Assembly (NCBI GenBank): GCA_016205145.1
Contig: JACQJH010000001.1
Coordinates: 240,001-272,000 of the forward strand
DNA: 32,000 nucleotides
Direction: 5' to 3'
DNA from: Candidatus Iainarchaeum sp.
GTDB taxonomy: Archaea; Iainarchaeota; Iainarchaeia; Iainarchaeales; JACQJH01
Made by a program: the position numbers and the translations under genes. The first letter of the stretch is position 1. The number at the start of each line of letters is the position of its first letter. Under the pieces are notes generated by a model. That model worked only from the letters and a program-made list of their open reading frames with translations. It was not told the DNA's origin and made no database searches. Of this stretch, positions 7,781-15,592 are shown piece by piece.

Positions 7781-9028
7781 TTATTCCAAATCCCAAAGCT
7801 CTTTGAGCGCGTCAAGCCTGACTGTTTTCTGTTCGCCGGTTTCAAGGTTTTTGACTGCAAGCTCTTTTTTCTGCAGTTCGTCTTCGCCGGCAATAATCGC
7901 GAATTTGATACCCTGCTTGCTTGCGAATTCAAGGTTTTTTGAAATGCCCCTTCCAACCAAATCAATGTCAGTGTTCAGGCCCAGCCTTCTCATTTCCTGC
8001 ACGATTTTAAGGCATTCTTTTTGCGTTTTTCCGATCGGAATGACAAAGAATTTCACCGGGTTTTCTACGCCGAGCTTTTCTTCGACGACATCAAGGAGCC
8101 TGTCGATTCCAAAAGAAATGCCGATTGCCGGTGTAGGCGAACCGCCATAGCTTTCAATGAGATTGTCATATCGGCCGCCCCCGCCGCAGGAAATTCCCGC
8201 ACTTGAAACCTCGAAAACGTTTCCAGTGTAATATTCCAATCCGCGTGCCAGGCTAAGGTCGACTTTTACTTTTTTTGACAGGCCGTTTTCTTCAAGCAAA
8301 TCCAATAGTTCTTTGAGTTCCTTGAACCCGTCTTTTTCTTTCACGTCCTTGGGCAGGCCTTCGAAATCGTTTTTCTTGAGCGTTTCAATGATCTTGTCGG
8401 AAATGCCTTTTTGTTCCAATTCCTTCCTGACTTCTTCTTCGCCGATTTTTTCCAGTTTGTCCAGGCTCCTGAAACAGTCCTTGATTTGGCGTTCTTCCAC
8501 GCCATTCGCCTGCGCGACGGCTTCGAGCAGTTTTCTGTTATTCAGCCTTATGTAGAAATCAACGTTTATTTCTGAAAAAAATTCGGCTGCAAGCGCAATC
8601 AGTTCAAAGTCAGCGAAAACGCTTTTCACTCCGATGATGTCGGCATCCGCCTGTGTAAACTCGCGATACCTTTTTGCGCCCGGCCTGTCATACCGGTAAA
8701 CCCTTTCGATCTGGTAGCGCTTGAACGGTTTCGGCAGCTGCGGGTTTGTTGCTATGACACGTGCCAATGGAACCGTCAGGTCGAAGCGCAGGCCAAGCTC
8801 TCTCTCGGACTTGTCCTTGAAGTAGTAGATTTCTTCCTTGATTGCCTCGCCGCCAGAGCCTTTCTTTGCAAGCAAGGCGAAGTCTTCCACGACGGGCGTC
8901 TGCATTGGCTGGAAACCGTATTTTTCAAAGATGCGCCTGGCTAAACCTTCGAGGAAAAGTTTTTTGCGCGCCTGTTCGGGCAGGATGTCGCGCATTCCCC
9001 TTATCGCCTGGAATTTTTCTTCAGCCAT
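7781..9028 (-). CDS. hisS: histidine--tRNA ligase
   Basis: MAEEKFQAIRGMRDILPEQ..., class II motifs (RYDRP, ...CGGGRYD...), and a C-terminal anticodon-binding domain. The ATG at 9028 is preferred over the upstream alternative at 9055. Confidence 0.92.
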   Translation of the reverse strand: MAEEKFQAIRGMRDILPEQARKKLFLEGLARRIFEKYGFQPMQTPVVEDFALLAKKGSGGEAIKEEIYYFKDKSERELGLRFDLTVPLARVIATNPQLPKPFKRYQIERVYRYDRPGAKRYREFTQADADIIGVKSVFADFELIALAAEFFSEINVDFYIRLNNRKLLEAVAQANGVEERQIKDCFRSLDKLEKIGEEEVRKELEQKGISDKIIETLKKNDFEGLPKDVKEKDGFKELKELLDLLEENGLSKKVKVDLSLARGLEYYTGNVFEVSSAGISCGGGGRYDNLIESYGGSPTPAIGISFGIDRLLDVVEEKLGVENPVKFFVIPIGKTQKECLKIVQEMRRLGLNTDIDLVGRGISKNLEFASKQGIKFAIIAGEDELQKKELAVKNLETGEQKTVRLDALKELWDLE

Positions 9029-9117
9029 GCAATTCACTTTCAGATTTCCTGTCAAAATCCCATAAAAGGGCTATGGTTTATAGCCGCCCGCTTCATTCCG
9101 TGGCATTGTCCAAACTT

Positions 9118-9765
9118 TTATTCCGAACGCGCTGGCTTTCTGACGTGGAATACTCTTGTCGGATAAGTTCCCGGAATAGGTTTTGTGTTTTCCGTGATTA
9201 TTTCAAATCCTGCGGCTTTGAGTTCGCTATGCCAGGTGTTTATCTCTTTTTGTCCGCCTATTTGGATGAGCATGTTGAATTTGGCTTCCCCGCCCGGCCT
9301 GAGTATTCGGTATAATTCGGCAAAGGCTGTGCTTTTGGGCGTTGCGTGTGCTATGCCGAAATGCGAGTAAACAAAGTCGAAGTAATTGTCTGGGCGGCGC
9401 GTGTTGTGCGCGTGCGCAACATGCCATAAAACGTTTTCTTGTCCGCGCCATTCCGGGGCGCGCTTTAAGCTGAGGCCATGTGCTTCCATTTCGGGGTATT
9501 CTCTGGCAAGTTGCATGATGCTTGTTCCTTCTTTACAGCCTAAATCAAGGACCCTGATTTTTCTGTCAGGCGTTGCTTGGTGAATCCTTCTTATGTCCTC
9601 GATATTAAACCCCAGATTTTGGTAAATTGTTGGCAGGCCGGTTTTGCTCACCGACCACCTGCACAGGGGCCTGTTTCCTTCGTAAAGTTTGATTATGTCT
9701 CTGAGTCTTCGGCCCACTTTTGCCCTATCTTCAGGGGATTCGGGTTTTCTATGGCCCGGTTCCAA
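9118..9765 (-). CDS. class I SAM-dependent methyltransferase
   Basis: Motif I is VLDLGCKEGTS; the post-I and II regions are followed by LRPGG. TTG start preceded by GAGGTG (SD-like) at 5-nt spacing. Confidence 0.7.
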   Translation of the reverse strand: MEPGHRKPESPEDRAKVGRRLRDIIKLYEGNRPLCRWSVSKTGLPTIYQNLGFNIEDIRRIHQATPDRKIRVLDLGCKEGTSIMQLAREYPEMEAHGLSLKRAPEWRGQENVLWHVAHAHNTRRPDNYFDFVYSHFGIAHATPKSTAFAELYRILRPGGEAKFNMLIQIGGQKEINTWHSELKAAGFEIITENTKPIPGTYPTRVFHVRKPARSE

Positions 9766-9774
9766 AAAGACACC

Positions 9775-9834
9775 TCATTCCAAATCCCACCGCTCTTTTA
9801 GTTCGTCGAGTTTGACTGTTTTTTGTTCGCCATT
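9775..9834 (-). pseudogene. relic of the 3' end of a hisS-like gene (19 codons plus stop, no start)
   Basis: Minus-strand translation NGEQKTVKLDELKERWDLE* against the HisRS C-terminus TGEQKTVRLDALKELWDLE* gives 15/19 identical. By hand alignment, 48/60 nt are identical to 7781-7840. Confidence 0.7.
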
Positions 9835-10208
9835 TACTTTTTTGCTTTTTTTGCCTCATTCATTTTCGCTTTTGCTTTAAGGATTTGCCCTATCTCCGCG
9901 GCCGGCGCTTTTTGGTCGAACCTGATTTGAATGGTTTTTTTTCCGGTCACATAACCTTTTTCTTCGAGCGCTTTGCGGTCTTTACTTTGAAGCGCGAACG
10001 CCAGGCCGAAGCCGGCGTGGCTCTTGAATGCGGCAAACCCGGCAAGAAGGCCCTGGTATTTGTAGAATGGCACGCCCCAGCTGATGCTTTCCTCCGCCTT
10101 TGGCACGGCTGATTTGATTATTTTCCTGATTTCCTTGAGCGTCGGCTGCGCTTCTATGCCTGCGCCGGCAATGTACTCGTCGACGTTTTTTGCGCTGTAA
10201 TTTTTCAC
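9834..10208 (-). CDS. DUF1801 (YdhG-like) domain protein
   Basis: (V)KNYSAKNVDEYIAGAGIEAQPTLKEIRKIIKSAVPKAEESISWGVPFYKY... fits the DUF1801 pattern. The GTG start at 10208 overlaps the hisG TAG by 1 nt. The long 219-aa track ORF would overlap hisG. Confidence 0.65.
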   Translation of the reverse strand: MKNYSAKNVDEYIAGAGIEAQPTLKEIRKIIKSAVPKAEESISWGVPFYKYQGLLAGFAAFKSHAGFGLAFALQSKDRKALEEKGYVTGKKTIQIRFDQKAPAAEIGQILKAKAKMNEAKKAKK

Positions 10209-11104
10209 TATTCCACGACCTTGTTCAAGGGAAACTCGACTATGCCTTCCGCGCCGGCACCCTTCAGTTTCGGAATGAGCGTCCTGACGTCGTCTATTTT
10301 GACGATTGTGAGAACGTCGAACCAGCCTTCCTTGGAAAGCTTTGAAACCGTTGGATTGTTCAATGATGGCAGGACTTTGAGGACTTTTTGCAGGTTTTTT
10401 TCCTGCACGTTCATCATCAACCCCGCAAGGGTTTGCGCCGCGATTGCGCCTTTGAGCAGGGTTGCGATTTCGTCGATTTTCTTTCTCTTCCACAAATCCT
10501 TTGCCGCGCCTTTGTTTGCAATCAGTTTCGTGTTGCTTTCCATGAGCGTTTCGACAATGCGCAGGCCGTTCGCGCGCAAACTGCTTCCGGTTTCAGTCAC
10601 TTCAACGATTGCGTCGGCAAGCGTCGGCGGCTTGACTTCGGTTGCGCCCCATGAAAATTCCACTTCGGCTTTGACGTTGTTTTTTGCAAGCCATTCCTTT
10701 GTGAATCCCACAAGTTCGGTTGCGATCCTCTTTCCCTGCAGGTCCTTCACGCCTTTGATTTTCGAGTCGTTCGGCACAGCCAGAACCCATTTGACCCTTC
10801 CAAGGCCGGATTTTGCGTAAACAAGGTCCGCGATTTCGTCAACGCTTGACTTGTTTTCAAGAATCCAGTCCTTTCCCGTCAAGCCAAGGTCGATTGCGCC
10901 CTGTTCGACGTAACGCGACATTTCCTGCGCCCTGATGAGCACGCACTCTATTTCATCGTCGTTTATTTTCGGGTAATACGAGCGCTCTTCCGCGCGGATG
11001 TCATAACCGGCTTTCTTGAACAATTCTATTGTCGAATTCTGCAGGCTTCCCTTGGGGATGCCAAGCTTGAGTTTTTTGCCGCTTCCATCTTCTTTGCCTT
11101 TCAT
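10208..11104 (-). CDS. hisG: ATP phosphoribosyltransferase, long form with a C-terminal regulatory domain
   Basis: [24 protein letters not shown]..., 298 aa, which is the HisG-long length. ATGA overlap with the upstream gene. Confidence 0.92.
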   Translation of the reverse strand: MKGKEDGSGKKLKLGIPKGSLQNSTIELFKKAGYDIRAEERSYYPKINDDEIECVLIRAQEMSRYVEQGAIDLGLTGKDWILENKSSVDEIADLVYAKSGLGRVKWVLAVPNDSKIKGVKDLQGKRIATELVGFTKEWLAKNNVKAEVEFSWGATEVKPPTLADAIVEVTETGSSLRANGLRIVETLMESNTKLIANKGAAKDLWKRKKIDEIATLLKGAIAAQTLAGLMMNVQEKNLQKVLKVLPSLNNPTVSKLSKEGWFDVLTIVKIDDVRTLIPKLKGAGAEGIVEFPLNKVVE

Positions 11105-12102
11105 TTCAATTCCTCCGCTTTCCTGAAAAAACAGCTCCTCTTGCCCGTGTGACAGGCAACATTGCCTTCCTGCTTCACTTTAAGAAGAATCGCGTCGTTG
11201 TCGCAGTCAAATCTCACTTCCCTGACAATCTGGAAGTTTCCGGAAGTTTCGCCTTTCACCCATAATTTTTGCCTGCTTCTGCTCCAATAGCAGGCCTTTC
11301 CTTCTTTCAGGGTGCGGCGAAGGCTTTCCCTGTTCATGTATGCAAGCATAAGCACTTCTCCCGTATTCCAGTCCTGTGCGATTGCAGGCAGCAGGCCGTT
11401 TCCCTTTTCAAAGTCAAGTTCATCGGGCAGGATGTCGGATAATTTTATCTTGCTAGTGTACAATGACATGCCCAATGCGCAGTCCACGCCGATGCCTTCA
11501 AGCCTGCGCGCCTCTTCAAGCGAGGCAATCCCGCCGGCGGCAATGATGCGGTTTTTCGTTGCCTTGCGAAGCCTTTGCACCGCTTCAAAGTCGATGCCTT
11601 TCATGAGGCCCTCTTTTTCCACGCACGTGAACAGGAATGCAGAGCACAGGCCTTCAAATTCTTTCGCCTTTTGCAAATAATCCGCCCCGGTTTTTTCCTG
11701 CCAGCCTTTCACAACAACCTCGCCTTTCCATGAATCCAATGCAACAATGATTTTTTCCTTTCCAATTTGCGCGCCAAGCTTTTGCAGGAATTCCTTGTTT
11801 GCGGCACTGCCGATGATGACGCGCTTTGCGCCAGCGCCGATGAGCGCTTTGGCTTTTTCCACGCTGTCGATTCCGCCGCCGGTGTTTGCATTCACGACAG
11901 AGCAGATTTTTTTGACGGTTGCGAGATTTGAGCCTATGCGTTTTGCCGCGTCCAAATCAATGACCTGCACTTCCCTGAAAGCGGAGAATTTTTCCGCGAA
12001 TTTTTCGGGAGCAGACGCTATGCGAATCTTCTCGGTTTTGCCCTGCTGCAGCTGGACAACTTTTCTGCCTTTCAAGTCAATGCTTGGCAACAACATTTTC
12101 AT
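11101..12102 (-). CDS. hisA/hisI: fusion: HisA-like ProFAR isomerase (aa 1 to ~225) plus phosphoribosyl-AMP cyclohydrolase HisI (aa ~228-333)
   Basis: N-terminal part: [38 protein letters not shown] (HisA barrel). C-terminal part: [24 protein letters not shown]...[18 protein letters not shown]...[11 protein letters not shown]...[11 protein letters not shown] (HisI). The ATG at 12102 overlaps the hisF TGA (ATGA). Confidence 0.88.
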   Translation of the reverse strand: MKMLLPSIDLKGRKVVQLQQGKTEKIRIASAPEKFAEKFSAFREVQVIDLDAAKRIGSNLATVKKICSVVNANTGGGIDSVEKAKALIGAGAKRVIIGSAANKEFLQKLGAQIGKEKIIVALDSWKGEVVVKGWQEKTGADYLQKAKEFEGLCSAFLFTCVEKEGLMKGIDFEAVQRLRKATKNRIIAAGGIASLEEARRLEGIGVDCALGMSLYTSKIKLSDILPDELDFEKGNGLLPAIAQDWNTGEVLMLAYMNRESLRRTLKEGKACYWSRSRQKLWVKGETSGNFQIVREVRFDCDNDAILLKVKQEGNVACHTGKRSCFFRKAEELK

Positions 12103-12878
12103 TCCCTCACTACAATTCCCTTTTCTTTCAGGTATGCCTTGACTTTCCACACCGGAAACTCGTTGAAATGGAAAATGCTTGCGGCAAGCGCGGCATCGGC
12201 CTTTCCTGTTTCAAATACATCCACAAAGCTTTCAAGGTTTCCCCCGCCCCCGCTTGCAATGACTGGAACGTTAACGCTTTCCGAAACCGCTTTTGTCAGT
12301 TCGAGGTCGAAGCCCTCTTTTGTTCCGTCGCGGTCCATGCTTGTCAGGAGGATTTCGCCTGCGCCAAGTTCAACCGCTTCTTTCGCCCATTCGAGGGCGT
12401 TTTTTCCCGTGAATTTGCGGCCGCCGTATTTCGAGCACTCCCACCAGACTTTTCCTTTCTCTTCCCTTTTTTTCGCGTCAATCGCCAGCACGACTGCCTG
12501 GTTGCCATACGCTTTTGCAATCTCCGAAATGAGGCGAGGCCTTTCCAGCGCGGCAGTGTTTATGCTTACCTTGTCCGCGCCTGCTTCGAACACACTTTTT
12601 GCGTCCGCCAGTGAGCGTATTCCGCCCCCGACAGTTAACGGCACGAAAACTTCCTGCGCGGTTTTTTCGATTACGTCAACCATTGTTTCTCTTCTCTCGG
12701 AACTTGCGGTGATGTCCAGAAAGACGATTTCGTCAGCGCCCTGCGCGTAATACGCTTCGGCCTGCTCCCACGGCACGCCGGCGTATTTTATTTCCTTGAA
12801 CTGGACTCCTTTGACGACTCTTCCTTGCGCGACCGAAAGGTCGCAGTCCAGACAGGGAATGATTCGTTTTGCGAGCAT
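12099..12878 (-). CDS. hisF: imidazole glycerol phosphate synthase, cyclase subunit
   Basis: [13 protein letters not shown]...VVKGVQF...[11 protein letters not shown]...GGGIRS...; full-length HisF. Confidence 0.95.
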   Translation of the reverse strand: MLAKRIIPCLDCDLSVAQGRVVKGVQFKEIKYAGVPWEQAEAYYAQGADEIVFLDITASSERRETMVDVIEKTAQEVFVPLTVGGGIRSLADAKSVFEAGADKVSINTAALERPRLISEIAKAYGNQAVVLAIDAKKREEKGKVWWECSKYGGRKFTGKNALEWAKEAVELGAGEILLTSMDRDGTKEGFDLELTKAVSESVNVPVIASGGGGNLESFVDVFETGKADAALAASIFHFNEFPVWKVKAYLKEKGIVVRE

Positions 12879-12890
12879 TTGAAACCAGTT

Positions 12891-13295
12891 TTATTCTCTA
12901 TTCATTAATTCAGTTTGAACGCGGGTGTACATTGTAATTAATCCATTTGCAATAATGTCCGTTGTGTGTTCGGGCTGTTCTGTCGTGCGTTCGTGTTCTA
13001 TTTCAATGAACCGGTTTATCCTTTCCATTGTGCTTTCAAGGACTTCCGTGGGAATGCTTGTGAGCGGCCTATTGCGTTCAACCAATCTTAGTGTCAGCCT
13101 TTCGAGTTGCTGGTCTGGGCCCAATCCGGTTTCCAGCAATTTTTGCAGTTCCGGAATCACATGTTGCTGGGCCGGCATATCCGTTCCGGGGACGGTATGT
13201 GTCGATTCTCTCACATCTTGCCCAAAATAACCCTGCGCTATATTCCGGAAACGTTCTTTAAGCCCTTCCGGGTGCGCCTCATGTCGTCTCTCCAT
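12891..13295 (-). CDS. hypothetical protein embedded in the his operon (orf134)
   Basis: 134 aa. GAGGTGAT (SD) lies 5 nt upstream of the ATG and overlaps the hisH stop. The composition is poor in Lys and rich in Glu/Arg/Thr/His, unlike neighbouring genes. I could not recognise any family. Confidence 0.6.
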   Translation of the reverse strand: MERRHEAHPEGLKERFRNIAQGYFGQDVRESTHTVPGTDMPAQQHVIPELQKLLETGLGPDQQLERLTLRLVERNRPLTSIPTEVLESTMERINRFIEIEHERTTEQPEHTTDIIANGLITMYTRVQTELMNRE

Positions 13296-13304
13296 AGTAT
13301 CACC

Positions 13305-13907
13305 TCAAATTTCAACAAAATTCTCCAGCACCTTAAGTCCAGCGGCTCCGCTTTTTTCCGGGTGGAATTGCACGGCAAAAACGTTGTCTTTTTCAACAGC
13401 GGAACAGTATTTTCCGCCGTAATCGGTTTCGCCAGAGACGATGTCCTTGTCGAACGGCTTGGCATAATAGCCGTGCACGAAATAAAAGAACGAATTGTCG
13501 GGAACATCCTCGAGCAGCGCGCTTTCCTTTGCCTTTTCGACCTGGTTCCAGCCGATCTGGGGAACTTTCAGGTTTTTTCCTTCAAATTTTTCAACCGTGC
13601 CCTGCAAAACTTTCAGGCCTTCGCTTTCAGGGCTTTCCGCGCTTTCCTCGAACAGCGCCTGGAGGCCGATGCAGATGCCGAGGAAAGGCTTTCCTTCCTC
13701 GATTGCCCATTCGATTGCGTAGTCCAGTTTTTTTTCGCGCAGTTCGCGCATTGCCTCGCCGAAATTGCCCACGCCGGGAAAAACGACCTTGCTCGCTTTT
13801 CCCACCTGTTCAGGAGTTTTCGCAATGACTGCCTTTTCGCCGATTTTTCGGAAGGCGTTGCGGACGCTCTGCAAATTGCCCCTGCCATAATCAATGATTG
13901 CAATCAT
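13305..13907 (-). CDS. hisH: imidazole glycerol phosphate synthase, glutamine amidotransferase subunit
   Basis: MIAIIDYGRGNLQSVRNAF..., GICIGLQ (catalytic Cys), ...QFHPEKS. Confidence 0.95.
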   Translation of the reverse strand: MIAIIDYGRGNLQSVRNAFRKIGEKAVIAKTPEQVGKASKVVFPGVGNFGEAMRELREKKLDYAIEWAIEEGKPFLGICIGLQALFEESAESPESEGLKVLQGTVEKFEGKNLKVPQIGWNQVEKAKESALLEDVPDNSFFYFVHGYYAKPFDKDIVSGETDYGGKYCSAVEKDNVFAVQFHPEKSGAAGLKVLENFVEI

Positions 13908-14536
13908 AGCATTCCCTTGGTGCTCGGCAAAAACTTCTGCCGCCTGTCAAATTCAACCGCGCAACGCAACGCGCGCGCGAAAGCCTTGAACAGCGCTTCA
14001 ACCAGGTGGTGTGCATTCTTTCCGTAAACAACTTTGACGTGGATGTTTGCCTTCAGCTCGTTTGCCACTGCCTGGAAGAATTCTTCCACAAGCTCGGTCG
14101 GAAACCCGCCGATGCGGTCGAGCGGAAACTTTGCGTCGAACACAAGCTTTGGCCTGCCGCTCAAATCAATCGCGCAGAACGCAAGGCTTTCATCCATTGG
14201 CACGTATTCCCAGCCGTACCTTGCAATGCCCTTTTTGTCGCCAAGCGCTTTAGCTATTGCCTGTCCGAGGACAATGCCGGTATCCTCGACAGTGTGGTGC
14301 AAATCCACTTCCAAGTCGCCTTTTGCCTCAAGCGAAACGTCGATGAGGCTGTGCTTGGAGAAAAGTTCGAGCATGTGGTTGAAGAACCCGATTCCGGTTT
14401 CAATTTCATACCTGCCTTCGCCGTCAAGGTTTACCGAGGCTTTGATTTTGGTTTCAGTGGTGTTCCGTTCAATCTCCGCTTTCCTCACGAATGATTTCGC
14501 CTTTTTTTCGTTTGCCTTTCCTTTGCCTTCGCTCAT
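13904..14536 (-). CDS. hisB: imidazoleglycerol-phosphate dehydratase
   Basis: RNTTETKI...GIGFFNHML...DLHHTVEDTGI...NAHH..EA.FKAFARAL; ATGA overlaps at both ends. Confidence 0.95.
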   Translation of the reverse strand: MSEGKGKANEKKAKSFVRKAEIERNTTETKIKASVNLDGEGRYEIETGIGFFNHMLELFSKHSLIDVSLEAKGDLEVDLHHTVEDTGIVLGQAIAKALGDKKGIARYGWEYVPMDESLAFCAIDLSGRPKLVFDAKFPLDRIGGFPTELVEEFFQAVANELKANIHVKVVYGKNAHHLVEALFKAFARALRCAVEFDRRQKFLPSTKGML

Positions 14537-15591
14537 TTCGTTTCACCCAAAACCTTTTCCAGCGCGGAGCAGAATTTTTTCATCTGTTCTGGCGTGCCGA
14601 TGCTGATGCGGATGCAGCCTTCCAGTCTCTCATAACCGCTCCTGTCCCTTACAAGGAAGCCTTTTTCCTTAAGCTTTTCGGCGATTGCTTTGGCGTTTTT
14701 GCCAAAGCGTGCGACGAGAAAATTCGACTTGCTCGGAAAGCGCTTCACGCCTTTTTCGTCAAGGAACTTTTCAAGAATTGCGCGCCCCGCTTCAACCTGT
14801 TTCACATAATCCTGCATGTAAGCCGGGTCCTTCAGCGCTTCCGTTGCCGCGAGCGCGCTCAAAGCGGTGATGCTGTAAGGCGACTTCGCCTTTTTCAGCG
14901 TTGAAATGATTTTTTCGTTTCCCAGAGCGTATCCGATGCGCATTCCGCCGAGGCCCATTGCCTTTGAAAAGGTTTTGAGCACGACAAGGTTGTCGAACTC
15001 TCCAATCCTGCCGGCAACGGTTTCTTTCGTGAATTCCGAGTATGCTTCGTCGACGATTGCCAGGCAGCCTTCCGCCCGCGCGGCCCTGATGATTTCGATG
15101 AGGTCTTTTTCCGGAATTTCGGTGGCAGTCGGATTGTTGGGGTTGCAGAGAATGACTGCCCGGCTGCCCTTGATTTCCGCGAGCACTTTTTGCGTCGGAA
15201 ATGAGAGGTCTTCATTGTACAGCGGCTTTGCAATTTTCGCCCCTTGCAGTTCAGCGTAAAAGTAAAACATGGCAAAGCTCGGAGTCGGAATCACGATCTT
15301 TCCGTTGCCCACAAAGCATTCAATGCATCCGCGGATGGCCTCATCCGAGCCGTTGAAGGGCACGGCGTTTTCCGGCTTCGCGTTGTTGTAATCCGCAATC
15401 GCTTTTGTCAGCTCCGAGTATTCCGGATACGCGGACAGCCTTTCCGCTGAAACGTTTTTGATTGCCGTGAGAACGCGCGGGCTTGGGCCGAGAGTGTTTT
15501 CGTTGAAGTCAAGCCTCATTTTGCCCAGCCTGCTGGCTGTCGGAGGATTGTACGGCTTGAGCTTTTTCACATTGCCGGTTTCGGAAATCAT
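14533..15591 (-). CDS. hisC: histidinol-phosphate aminotransferase
   Basis: LKPYNPP...RLDFNENTLGPSP...NPNNPT...FSKAMGLGGMRIGY (PLP Lys). The start is ambiguous: ATG at 15591 (1 nt after the hisD stop), ATG at 15609, or TTG at 15624. Confidence 0.9.
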   Translation of the reverse strand: MISETGNVKKLKPYNPPTASRLGKMRLDFNENTLGPSPRVLTAIKNVSAERLSAYPEYSELTKAIADYNNAKPENAVPFNGSDEAIRGCIECFVGNGKIVIPTPSFAMFYFYAELQGAKIAKPLYNEDLSFPTQKVLAEIKGSRAVILCNPNNPTATEIPEKDLIEIIRAARAEGCLAIVDEAYSEFTKETVAGRIGEFDNLVVLKTFSKAMGLGGMRIGYALGNEKIISTLKKAKSPYSITALSALAATEALKDPAYMQDYVKQVEAGRAILEKFLDEKGVKRFPSKSNFLVARFGKNAKAIAEKLKEKGFLVRDRSGYERLEGCIRISIGTPEQMKKFCSALEKVLGETK

Positions 15592-15592
15592 T

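Noticed and set aside
10209-10493. N-terminal 95-aa extension of the DUF1801 gene (the 219-aa track ORF 9834..10493).
   Set aside because: It would overlap hisG by 286 nt and is Arg/Asn/Gln-rich low-complexity sequence. The DUF1801 homology starts at the GTG at 10208, which abuts the hisG stop.
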